Source of the DNA: an uncultured Eubacteriales bacterium
GTDB lineage: Bacteria > Bacillota > Clostridia > Oscillospirales > CAG-272
NCBI GenBank assembly: GCA_934393265.1
Contig: CAKRQL010000001.1
Location: 916-64,915, forward strand
Reading direction: 5' to 3'
DNA: 64,000 nt
The notes under the pieces were generated by a model that made no database searches, had not been told where the DNA came from, and saw only the letters and a program-made list of their open reading frames with translations. A program made the translations under genes and the position numbers. Positions within the stretch are counted from its first letter, which is position 1. Each line of letters opens with the position of its first letter. Below are positions 38,164 to 46,403 of this stretch, piece after piece.

Positions 38164-38658
38164 TTATATCTGCTTTTCTGTTATCAGCTCGAGCGAGGAC
38201 GGCAAGCTCTGCAGCTGCTCTGAAAGAAAGTGCGGGAAAATCTTATATTTCCCGAGCTCTGCCACCGGGAGCCACGAAAACGTCAGCTCGTCGCCGAGTT
38301 CATCCCGCCGTGTGAAGCTATCGCCGCGGGAGACGAGTGCCGGAGAGTCTGCTGACACAAGAAAGTATATTCCTATCTCATGCGTCGGAGTACCGCGGAG
38401 TGGGTCGTGAAAGTAATTCTGACACACCCATAACGGGCGGATTATCTCCGGGAAGAAGCCCATTTCCTCCGAGAACTCCCGCACGAGGGCGTCCTCTGCC
38501 CTCTCATGCAGGTGCACCCTGCCGCCGGGAAAATAGAAATAGTCGGAGTGTGAATCCTGCATTGCAAGGACCCTGCCGTCATTTATCACAATGCCGCAGA
38601 CGCGGTAATTGAACTTTCCGTCTGTATTATAATATGTAATATCCATAACCCGCTCCAA
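38164..38658 (-). CDS. NUDIX hydrolase
   Basis: Nudix box GRVHLHERAEDALVREFSEEMGF fits Gx5Ex7REUxEExGU. Confidence 0.85.
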   Translation of the reverse strand: MERVMDITYYNTDGKFNYRVCGIVINDGRVLAMQDSHSDYFYFPGGRVHLHERAEDALVREFSEEMGFFPEIIRPLWVCQNYFHDPLRGTPTHEIGIYFLVSADSPALVSRGDSFTRRDELGDELTFSWLPVAELGKYKIFPHFLSEQLQSLPSSLELITEKQI

Positions 38659-38739
38659 TCATTTTCATATCAATTTTACACCAAAGCGGCGGAATAGTCA
38701 ACCCGGATTGATTTTTTATTAAAAAAACTCCAAAAGATA

Positions 38740-38768
38740 TTGACAAAGCTCTTTTTCTGTGATATTAT
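38740..38768 (+). promoter_or_regulatory. Sigma-A promoter of the tRNA-Gly/tRNA-Arg pair
   Basis: TTGACA, 17 nt, TATTAT. Confidence 0.55.
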
Positions 38769-38788
38769 ATTAGGGCTGACAAAAAGAC

Positions 38789-38862
<74 letters not shown>

Positions 38863-38866
38863 GTAT

Positions 38867-38942
38867 GCGCCCATAGCTCAGTGGATAGAGTGCCCGGCTA
38901 CGAACCGGTAGGTCGAAGGTTCGAATCCTCCTGGGCGCGCCA
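38867..38942 (+). tRNA. tRNA-Arg (anticodon ACG), CCA encoded
   Basis: Acceptor GCGCCCA/TGGGCGC, anticodon loop CTACGAA, T loop TTCGAAT. Two stem positions (27-43 and 50-64) look mismatched by eye. Confidence 0.8.
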
Positions 38943-38944
38943 GA

Positions 38945-38973
38945 ATACCCCCGCCCGACGGCGGGGGTATTTT
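38945..38973 (+). terminator. Rho-independent terminator after the tRNA pair
   Basis: ATACCCCCGCC-CGAC-GGCGGGGGTAT followed by TTT. Confidence 0.8.
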
Positions 38974-39012
38974 GCGCGCACAGGACTATGACGAGAAACT
39001 GCACCAAAGGTG

Positions 39013-39084
39013 CGAAGGTTCGTAAGCATCCGCAGGATGCGCCCCCCGGTTTCGCGTCAGCGAAAGCCGGTACCCTCCTGGGCG
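39013..39084 (+). pseudogene. tRNA-Arg 3'-end fragment interrupted by a 51-nt structured insert
   Basis: CGAAGGTTCG and CCTCCTGGGCG match the T-arm and acceptor 3' half of the adjacent tRNA-Arg. They are separated by 51 nt containing the hairpins GCATCC-GCA-GGATGC and CCGGTTTCGC..GCGAAAGCCGG. No 5' half is present. Confidence 0.5.
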
Positions 39085-39093
39085 TGCCCCATA

Positions 39094-39124
39094 GAAAAAA
39101 GCACCCCGTAGGGGGTGCTTTTTC
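39094..39124. terminator. Bidirectional terminator
   Basis: AAAAAA-AGCACCCC-GTAG-GGGGTGCT-TTTTT. Confidence 0.75.
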
Positions 39125-39126
39125 TA

Positions 39127-39555
39127 TCAGCTTTTTTTATTACGCTTAAGATCGGCGCGGAAGAGCTCGGAAATATCGTCCTCATCCATAAAAGGATAGA
39201 GCGCGTCGATATTGATGTCATAATCACTGTTTTCACAGTACTTTTCGACAACCTTTTTCATGCACTCCGACGACACGAACGGCAGGCAGGATTCGTCCAG
39301 AACTCCGCCGTCAAGCTTTTTCAGAAAGGCCTCGTCCATAATCTTTTCGGACATAAACGGATAACATTCCGCGCTGTCAAAATTGATTTTGCCGGGGTTT
39401 TCGGCGGCGTATTCCATAAGCCTTTTCAGCGCGTCGTCCTCAAGAAACGGCAGCGCTTTTCTGATGTCAAAATCCACATCGCCGGCGATAACCGAATCGA
39501 CTAATTCCTCAAGAGCCTGTTTGTTCAGAAAAGGCAGCATGTTTTCAATGTTCAT
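39127..39555 (-). CDS. Hypothetical acidic helical-repeat protein (five LPF/YPF-led repeats of about 26-30 aa)
   Basis: The repeats begin MLPFLNKQALEEL, LPFLEDDALKRL, YPFMSEKIMDEAF, LPFVSSECMKKV and YPFMDEDDISELF. Confidence 0.6.
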   Translation of the reverse strand: MNIENMLPFLNKQALEELVDSVIAGDVDFDIRKALPFLEDDALKRLMEYAAENPGKINFDSAECYPFMSEKIMDEAFLKKLDGGVLDESCLPFVSSECMKKVVEKYCENSDYDINIDALYPFMDEDDISELFRADLKRNKKS

Positions 39556-39588
39556 AGTTCACCTCTCATTTTTTAATTTCGTTTTCGG

Positions 39589-40053
39589 TCACCGAATGTG
39601 ACGAGGCTGTTTTTTGCCGAAAAGAAAAATCTGCTCTTCCGGTGTCAGCTTTTGCCGAAGGCGCGGAAGATCTGCGGACAGTTTCTCTTCCCTGACAGCG
39701 CGCAGGAGCATAATCCGCTCCTGCGGCATAAATACATTGAAATTACCCACAAAATCATACGGACAGCGACCAGAGATTATTTCCTTTACAACATAGGTTC
39801 TGCTGTGACCCGCAAATATGTTTTTTGCGGTCGGGTCGACGGGTCTGCCCAAAAGCAAGAGTTCCTCAAAACCGATGTCAAAAAGACTGCACAGTTCTGC
39901 CAGATTTTCAACCGTCGGCATCGCCTCACCCTGCTCCCACCGGGATATTGCCTGATGTGTTACACCCAGTATTTCGGCGAGCGAGTCCTGACTGTAACCG
40001 AGTTTCTGGCGCCGCTCTCTTATTCCGCTCCCTATTGCCTTGAAATCAAGCAT
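39589..40053 (-). CDS. XRE-family HTH transcriptional regulator with a C-terminal extension
   Basis: IRERRQKLGYSQDSLAEILGVTHQAISRWEQGEAMP. Start set at MLDFKAIG, which has a GAGGAGG RBS. Confidence 0.8.
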   Translation of the reverse strand: MLDFKAIGSGIRERRQKLGYSQDSLAEILGVTHQAISRWEQGEAMPTVENLAELCSLFDIGFEELLLLGRPVDPTAKNIFAGHSRTYVVKEIISGRCPYDFVGNFNVFMPQERIMLLRAVREEKLSADLPRLRQKLTPEEQIFLFGKKQPRHIR

Positions 40054-40216
40054 GTTTACCTCCTCGTTTTCGGATAAGTCAATATTAACGCATTTCCCAT
40101 CAGCTTTCAAGCAACCGTAAGTTGCAGGCTGAAAAAACCGCCGCCGACATTGACTGCTCCGGAAGAATGATATAACCTTTTTTCGGCTTTCATGCTGCTA
40201 TATCTCATAAATAATA

Positions 40217-40252
40217 CGACATCCGCGGCTCTTACCGGGCGCGCGGATGTCG
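40217..40252 (-). terminator. Hairpin downstream of the lipoprotein gene
   Basis: CGACATCCGCG..CGCGGATGTCG (11-bp stem). The minus-strand tail TATTATTTATG is only moderately T-rich. Confidence 0.4.
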
Positions 40253-40303
40253 CTTTACATTGTGCGGCGGCACAATATTTCACTGTTTCGCCGTGATTAT
40301 CTT

Positions 40304-42010
40304 TTAATCGGTGCTTTCCTCTTTTCTGTATCCGCACACGGTGCAGGTATTGCCGTCGGCATAGTCGTGCGCATCGTAATCAAAGTTTTCGTTTCTGCAC
40401 TCGCCGCACTTATGCCAATGCGAATATTCGTTATACTCCCATTCGTCAAGCGGTATATGCTCAAACGCTATCTCCTCGTCATGATACGCTCCGTCATAGA
40501 GAACTGTATAAACCTGCCCGCCCTCGCAGAGGAATGACGAATAACCGGTTACAGCCTCGCCGTTCACTTTCAAAAGCTCATAATGCAGAAAGCTCCCGAA
40601 TCTCGGATAAAACCGCTCGCCAGCCTGCCAGAGGTAGGCAATCTGCAATACCGTAATTTCCTCGCCGTTATCATTTATCCTTGAGAACAGCGTAAGAACG
40701 ACGGACATATCCTCGGGAGGAGCGAAGCGGAGATATATATCGTTTGTCTCCTCTGTTGCCATGACGCTCTCAAATCTCTGCGTCCTCTCTTTATCGGTAT
40801 AAAACTCAAATGCCGGAATTTCATCATACTTCCCGACAAAGCTCCCGATGCGGGAGGCGAGCGCCGCGCTGAGCATCTCCGCCGTCACGGTCGCGCCCAT
40901 CAGGGCGTCGTCAAAGACAATTACGGTATCACAGCCCTCGATATGTATCATAAAGTCGGCATAATACGCATCTGTCGGCTGAACGCCGCTGATATCAACG
41001 CCGTCAAAGGTCTCTGTATCAAAGTCATACGATATTTCCGCCGTGCGGACAAGTCTGTCGTCATAATTCTTCTTCGGGTCCTCGTATCTGCCGCTGTCTT
41101 TAATATCGCTCGTGACATTTGTAAGTCTGCCGTCAAGGACGGTCAGCAAAATGACGGTATTTGCCGTAAACTCATACTCCTCATTCGTCTCGTTGTCGGT
41201 ATCCTTACCCGTGTGCTCAGCGGATATTGCGAGAGTTACGGAGCCGTCCTCGTTTCGTGTAAAGGTTATACTGTCCGGCTCTCCTACATTTTCGGTAAAG
41301 AACGCGCGTATTCCCGCAATAAGGGACGCGAGGTCGTCGCCGTTTTCGACGCCGCAATCGTCAAGCATTTCGGCAGGGGTGTAGTTCGTAATTTCATTGT
41401 TCTTTATATAATTCGGGCTCACATAATATGCCGACTCGACCATTTTGCCGTCATCATCCGGCTGTACCGTATAAAGAAGAGCGCGCGGGAAGCTCGCGCC
41501 GGAGACGGGCTTCAGAAGAAGCACGGTTCTCTCCGAAAGGACCGGTCCGCCCTCAAAGGTATATCCCTCGGATATCATAAAATATCTGCCCGCGGGGTCA
41601 TAGGACTCATGGCGGATATTTCTGTGCCGGTCGTCTCCGTCAGTATACTCCTCGGTAAAGCGGGTTGTATAAATACCCGAGTAAGCAATGGTGCCGTCTC
41701 TGCCGGCTATCCAGTATAGGGCGTTCTCCTCATCGGTATACTCTTCTTCCCTTCCGCAGACAGAGCATTTCTTCATTTTCCCGTTATTCCCGTATGTATG
41801 CTTGCTCTCACCGTAACGGTGCTCGCCGCACGCCCTGCAGCCGAGCCAATGCGCCTCGGCGTTGCTCTCATACACTCCGTTTGCCTCATGGGTATCCGTA
41901 TTGTCTCCGTTTTTTTCGTCGTCTCCGTCCCCGCCGCAGGCGACAAGGAGCGAAAGCGAAACGGCGAGCATAAACGCAGCAACAATAAAAATCCATAGCT
42001 TCTTTTTCAT
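40304..42010 (-). CDS. Lipoprotein of unknown function
   Basis: Lipobox LSLLVACGG after MKKKLWIFIVAAFMLAV. HW..C..CG..H......C..CG modules occur near both termini. Confidence 0.75.
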   Translation of the reverse strand: MKKKLWIFIVAAFMLAVSLSLLVACGGDGDDEKNGDNTDTHEANGVYESNAEAHWLGCRACGEHRYGESKHTYGNNGKMKKCSVCGREEEYTDEENALYWIAGRDGTIAYSGIYTTRFTEEYTDGDDRHRNIRHESYDPAGRYFMISEGYTFEGGPVLSERTVLLLKPVSGASFPRALLYTVQPDDDGKMVESAYYVSPNYIKNNEITNYTPAEMLDDCGVENGDDLASLIAGIRAFFTENVGEPDSITFTRNEDGSVTLAISAEHTGKDTDNETNEEYEFTANTVILLTVLDGRLTNVTSDIKDSGRYEDPKKNYDDRLVRTAEISYDFDTETFDGVDISGVQPTDAYYADFMIHIEGCDTVIVFDDALMGATVTAEMLSAALASRIGSFVGKYDEIPAFEFYTDKERTQRFESVMATEETNDIYLRFAPPEDMSVVLTLFSRINDNGEEITVLQIAYLWQAGERFYPRFGSFLHYELLKVNGEAVTGYSSFLCEGGQVYTVLYDGAYHDEEIAFEHIPLDEWEYNEYSHWHKCGECRNENFDYDAHDYADGNTCTVCGYRKEESTD

Positions 42011-42040
42011 ATAGTGTCTCCTTTTTTGTTTTTACGGTTA

Positions 42041-42733
42041 TTATTGCGTGGTGTCCGAAAATCTGAAATCAAACCTCATCTCAAGCATTGAAAAAAGCTG
42101 TAGCATTACGGCAGAGGCAGTTGCCTCGATATCCATATTCATGACGGTCTCTATCGCCGCATCAGCCACATCGCGCGGGACGTGATAAACATCAAGCGCC
42201 ATGCGAAGAAAACGCGCCGTTTTCTTTTTCAGGGTGAAATACATATCACAGCGGCGGAGCATGAACGAGCGCATCATGCCGGAGGAGCCTATCTCTGCCT
42301 CGTAAAAATCGCACTCGCCCCAGTCCTCATTATATCGTGAGAAAAATTTCGCGTTTTCCCTTGCCGTCTTTTGACATATATATTCACATATTTCCGGCTG
42401 TGTGTATGCCTCCGCATATATTTCCCGGAGGCTCTCCCGAGACTCGGTTATAGCTAACTGTATCGCAGTCTCGACGGCGTAGACAAGCACGCCGTCTCCT
42501 ACCGGGAGGCGCGAGCGCGCCATTGCAAACTGGTTATCAAACATGAACTCCACAAGGGCGGACAGTACCCCGTCCTTCGTATGAAATGCGTTCTGAAACG
42601 TTCCTGCGGAGACATCCGCCTCGCGGATTATATCCATCATTGTGGTCTGTCTGAAGCCGCGCTCTATAAACATGCGTACACATGCGGAGAGTATGCGCTT
42701 TTTCGGGTCCTTTACCTCTTCTCTTGAAATCAT
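42041..42733 (-). CDS. TetR/AcrR family transcriptional regulator
   Basis: KKRILSACVRMFIERGFRQTTMMDIIREADVSAGTFQNAF. RBS is GGGAGG. Confidence 0.85.
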   Translation of the reverse strand: MISREEVKDPKKRILSACVRMFIERGFRQTTMMDIIREADVSAGTFQNAFHTKDGVLSALVEFMFDNQFAMARSRLPVGDGVLVYAVETAIQLAITESRESLREIYAEAYTQPEICEYICQKTARENAKFFSRYNEDWGECDFYEAEIGSSGMMRSFMLRRCDMYFTLKKKTARFLRMALDVYHVPRDVADAAIETVMNMDIEATASAVMLQLFSMLEMRFDFRFSDTTQ

Positions 42734-42763
42734 TTTGCCTCCCGCGCTTTAATTTATATATTA

Positions 42764-42804
42764 GGTTGCAACCCAATTATAGCATACCCATCTCCGGAAT
42801 ACAA
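42764..42804 (-). promoter_or_regulatory. Promoter of the TetR-lipoprotein operon with a palindrome over the start site
   Basis: The minus strand reads TTGTAT, 17 nt, TATAAT, followed immediately by the perfect palindrome GGTTGCAACC (42764-42773). Confidence 0.45.
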
Positions 42805-42876
42805 GAGAAAAATAAAAAAATGCGGCTGTTATCCGGTCTCGCCGGGCAACAGCCGTGTCGGGTACAGATATTCGGG

Positions 42877-43728
42877 TCACAAAGGACAGTTATCCCCGCG
42901 CAACGTAACGGTCATGCTCTCCCCCGTCGCCGGATGCGGAAACGTCATAGAAGTGCAACGGAGGGAGAAGGTCTCGCCCGGGAGGGCTGTCCCGTACATT
43001 GCGTCTGCATACAGGGGGTGTCCTATATAAGCCATATGGACGCGGATCTGATGCGTCCGGCCGGTATGGGGTCGGATGGTGCAGATACAGCCGCCGGGAC
43101 ACACCGTACGGACGCTGTAATCGGTCACGGACGGTCTGCCGTCTGCTCTGACCGTTCTCTTCTGCGAATCCGGCGTCTCCCTCTCTATCGGCGCGTCAAC
43201 CCTGCCGGATGTAGGCGTAGGTACACCGACAAGGCGCGCGGTGTAGGTTTTGGAAAACTCCCCGTTTTTCATGGCTCTGCCGAGGAGGGTCGCGCTTATC
43301 ATATCCTTTGATATAAGGACGAGCCCGGAGGTATCGCGATCAAGCCGGTTTACGGCGCGAAAAACGAACTGCCCGCCCATATAGAACGACACCGCCTCTG
43401 CCAGTGTTGTTATGTGGTTTCCGCGTGACGGGTGCGTCGGCACACCGGAGGGCTTATCAACGCATAAAATATAATCGTCCTCGTAGACTATCCGGAGCGG
43501 CACATCGGCGGGGGTGACATTCTCGCTGTTCTCCTCCGGGAGGCTTATCTCTATCATATCGCCGGGAGAAAGCGCGGCGCGGACGGTCACGACCTCGCCG
43601 TTTTTCCGGATGCCTCCGTATTTCACGCGCTTTATAACCGTGCCGGAGAGACACAGCACACGGCGCAGATATGCGTCGACAGTCCCGCTATCTGTCAGAT
43701 GATCGACCGTAAAGCTGTATTCGCGCAT
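42877..43728 (-). CDS. RluA-family pseudouridine synthase
   Basis: An S4-like N-terminus followed by the catalytic VNRLDRDTSGLVLISK motif. Confidence 0.9.
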   Translation of the reverse strand: MREYSFTVDHLTDSGTVDAYLRRVLCLSGTVIKRVKYGGIRKNGEVVTVRAALSPGDMIEISLPEENSENVTPADVPLRIVYEDDYILCVDKPSGVPTHPSRGNHITTLAEAVSFYMGGQFVFRAVNRLDRDTSGLVLISKDMISATLLGRAMKNGEFSKTYTARLVGVPTPTSGRVDAPIERETPDSQKRTVRADGRPSVTDYSVRTVCPGGCICTIRPHTGRTHQIRVHMAYIGHPLYADAMYGTALPGETFSLRCTSMTFPHPATGESMTVTLRGDNCPL

Positions 43729-43877
43729 ACCCTCACCTCCCCATGAAAAATCATGTGTATATTATACATCGGCGGCACAGGCAAGTCAAGCGCGGAGTAT
43801 TCTGTGCTACTTCTGTTAGCACGCATAGATATATAAAAGCATAAATTAATAGTGCAAAGGCAAAGTACTACGGTTTC

Positions 43878-43894
43878 TGCAACCCGAGGTTGCA
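43878..43894. promoter_or_regulatory. Perfect 17-bp palindrome upstream of the HTH-glmM promoter
   Basis: TGCAACC-CGA-GGTTGCA. Confidence 0.35.
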
Positions 43895-43915
43895 AAAATA
43901 TATATTTCAAGTTGC

Positions 43916-43944
43916 TTGTAAATACGGGCGGTTATTGGTATAAT
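43916..43944 (+). promoter_or_regulatory. Sigma-A promoter of glmM
   Basis: TTGTAA, 17 nt, TATAAT, with an extended -10 (TGGTATAAT). Confidence 0.5.
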
Positions 43945-43985
43945 ATAACTGTGAAATAATTATGAAAATTAAAAGGCGGTTTTAT

Positions 43986-45599
43986 ATGACACTCGGAAAA
44001 AAGATAACCGAGCTCCGGCGCTCTGCCGGAATGTCGCAGGAGGAGCTGGCAGAACGGCTCGACGTCTCGCGACAGGCAATCTCAAAATGGGAGATGGACC
44101 AGGCACAGCCGCAGACAGACAAGCTGCTCGCACTCTCGGACCTGTTCTCCGTCAGCACCGACAGGCTACTTCGTAACAGTGAGGAGCTCCGGCAGGAGGG
44201 ACGCGGGGCGGGAAGATATTTCGGTACCGACGGCTTTCGCGGCGAGGCTAACATAACGCTCACGTCGATGCAGGCATACCGCGTCGGTCGCTTTCTCGGC
44301 TGGTACTACTCTTCCCCGCTGTCCGGGGCTGTGCACGGAGGACACCGCGTCCGTATCGTTATAGGCAAGGACACGCGGCGCTCAAGCTATATGCTCGAAT
44401 ACTCTATTGTCGCGGGAATAACAGCCTCCGGAGCCGATGCCTACATGCTCCATGTTACGACTACGCCGAGCGTTTCCTATGTGACACGTCAGGAGGACTT
44501 TGACTGCGGGGTTATGATAACCGCGTCGCACAACCCATACACCGACAACGGAATAAAGGTGATAAACAGGTTCGGCGAAAAGCTCGACGACAGGACGGCG
44601 GCACTGATTGAGGATTATATTGACGGCGACCTCTCCCCTCTCGGTTTTCCCGGAGATGAGCTCCCGCTCGCCACAGGGGAGAAAATCGGGCGGATAATCG
44701 ACCATGTAGCCGGGCGCAACCGCTACATCGGTTATCTTATATCACTCGCCTCAAACTCCTATCGCGACCTGCGGATAGGTATCGACTGTTCAAACGGGGC
44801 GGCATGGAACATCGCGCCCTCTGTATTCGGGGCTCTCGGCGCGCGGCTTTATATTATCGGCGACACGCCGGACGGACTGAACATCAACCGTGACTGCGGA
44901 TCTACACACATTGAAAATCTCCGACAGGCTGTGCGCGCGCAGAAGCTCGACATCGGGTTTGCCTTTGACGGTGACGCTGACAGGTGTATCGCCGTGGACG
45001 GCGGCGGAAATGTGGTCGACGGGGATAAAATAATGTATATTCTCGCGCAGAGGCTACGCCGCCTGGGTATGCTCGCCGACGACACGGTGGTGGCGACGGT
45101 GATGTCCAACAGCGGTTTCTTCAAGAGCCTTGAGCGCGCGGGAATGAAGTGTGTACAAACGGCGGTCGGCGACCGGTTCGTATACGAGAGGATGCAGAAA
45201 GACGGGTACTCCATAGGCGGTGAGCAATCCGGTCATATAATACTCCGCAAATACGCGACGACGGGCGACGGAATACTCACGGCAATAATGCTAACGGAGG
45301 AGGTATGCGACAGGAAAACCCCGCTTGCAGAGCTCGCCGCCCCGGTGACCCTCTACCCCCAGTACACCGTAAATATAAAGGTAAAGGATAAGGACGCCGT
45401 TATGACGGACAGGTGCGTCACCGAGGCACTCAACCGCGTCAACGCTCTTATCGGCGGGAACGGGAGAGTTCTTCTCAGAAAGAGCGGAACAGAGCCGGTA
45501 ATCAGGGTTATGACAGAGACGGAAGCACTCGGAAAATGTAAGGAATACGCTAATATTGTCGCAGACGCGATAAAAGCGGGAGGATACGGAATTGAATAA
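43986..45599 (+). CDS. glmM: Phosphoglucosamine mutase with an N-terminal XRE-type HTH domain (fusion)
   Basis: N-terminal LGKKITELRRSAGMSQEELAERLDVSRQAISKWEMDQAQP, then RYFGTDGFRGEAN and ITASHNPYTDNGIKV (active-site Ser). One uninterrupted frame, with no start codon near the junction. Confidence 0.85.
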   Translation: MTLGKKITELRRSAGMSQEELAERLDVSRQAISKWEMDQAQPQTDKLLALSDLFSVSTDRLLRNSEELRQEGRGAGRYFGTDGFRGEANITLTSMQAYRVGRFLGWYYSSPLSGAVHGGHRVRIVIGKDTRRSSYMLEYSIVAGITASGADAYMLHVTTTPSVSYVTRQEDFDCGVMITASHNPYTDNGIKVINRFGEKLDDRTAALIEDYIDGDLSPLGFPGDELPLATGEKIGRIIDHVAGRNRYIGYLISLASNSYRDLRIGIDCSNGAAWNIAPSVFGALGARLYIIGDTPDGLNINRDCGSTHIENLRQAVRAQKLDIGFAFDGDADRCIAVDGGGNVVDGDKIMYILAQRLRRLGMLADDTVVATVMSNSGFFKSLERAGMKCVQTAVGDRFVYERMQKDGYSIGGEQSGHIILRKYATTGDGILTAIMLTEEVCDRKTPLAELAAPVTLYPQYTVNIKVKDKDAVMTDRCVTEALNRVNALIGGNGRVLLRKSGTEPVIRVMTETEALGKCKEYANIVADAIKAGGYGIE

Positions 45600-46263
45600 A
45601 GGAGACATACGCACATCAGCCCTGTTTGACTGCAGGACGGAATATCTCCGTGAGCTGTTTTCAAAGCATGAATATCCGTGGGAAATGCTCGCGGAGCTGA
45701 AAGAATATATCGAAAAAGTGATAGAACGCGGGCTCCCCGGCTATCACCTCATCTCCGAGGGCGTCCTCGTCGGCGAGGATGTGAAAATCTACCCGACGGC
45801 GACGATAGAGCCGCCCGCCGTTATCGGCAGCGGGAGCGTGGTGCGCCCCGGGGCATATATCCGCGGCTCGGTTATCACGGGAAGAGGCTGCGTTATAGGA
45901 AATTCAAGCGAGCTGAAAAACTGCGTACTGCTTGACGGAGTGCAGGCACCGCACTACAACTACATCGGCGACTCTGTCCTCGGAAACCTTGCGCACATGG
46001 GTGCGGGGAGCATTTGCTCAAACCTCAAATCCGACGGGCACGCGGTCGTTATACACGGTGACAAGGAATATGAGACCGGGCTACGGAAGCTCGGGGCAAT
46101 TCTTGCGGACGGGGCAGATATCGGCTGCGGCTCGGTTCTTAACCCGGGGACGGTCGTCGGAAAAAACACATCGGTCTACCCGCTTACTCCCCTGCGCGGG
46201 GTCTATCCCTCCGACGCGATAGTCAAGGGGACGGGCACCGTAGTTCCGAGAGAAAAGAGATAA
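45592..46263 (+). CDS. Left-handed beta-helix (hexapeptide) acyltransferase, GlmU C-terminal-domain-like
   Basis: TTG start after GGGAGGA, overlapping the glmM stop. Hexapeptide repeats run through IGSGSVVRPGAYIRGSVITGRGCVIGNSSELKNCVLLDG... Confidence 0.7.
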   Translation: MNKGDIRTSALFDCRTEYLRELFSKHEYPWEMLAELKEYIEKVIERGLPGYHLISEGVLVGEDVKIYPTATIEPPAVIGSGSVVRPGAYIRGSVITGRGCVIGNSSELKNCVLLDGVQAPHYNYIGDSVLGNLAHMGAGSICSNLKSDGHAVVIHGDKEYETGLRKLGAILADGADIGCGSVLNPGTVVGKNTSVYPLTPLRGVYPSDAIVKGTGTVVPREKR

Positions 46264-46288
46264 AGCAGTAACGAAAAAGACAAAAACA

Positions 46289-46338
46289 AGACGGACAGCG
46301 GTGCACTGCACTACAGTCCGTCTCTTTTTTCTTTTTTC
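46289..46338 (+). terminator. Rho-independent terminator
   Basis: AGACGGAC..GTCCGTCT followed by CTTTTTTCTTTTTT. Confidence 0.6.
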
Positions 46339-46362
46339 AGGCTCCGGAGCCTGGCTTTATTC

Positions 46363-46385
46363 CCGCCCCCGGTTTCCGGGGGCGG
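46363..46385 (-). terminator. GC-rich hairpin just downstream of the giant gene
   Basis: CCGCCCCCGG-TTT-CCGGGGGCGG. No clear U-tract follows. Confidence 0.4.
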
Positions 46386-46403
46386 TATTCCGGCTTTGCA
46401 GTC

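Noticed and set aside
43962-43985. Alternative glmM start at 43962 (MKIKRRFY...)
   Set aside because: There is no RBS. The ATG at 43986 follows AAAGGCGG and gives a standard HTH N-terminus. The difference is only 8 aa.
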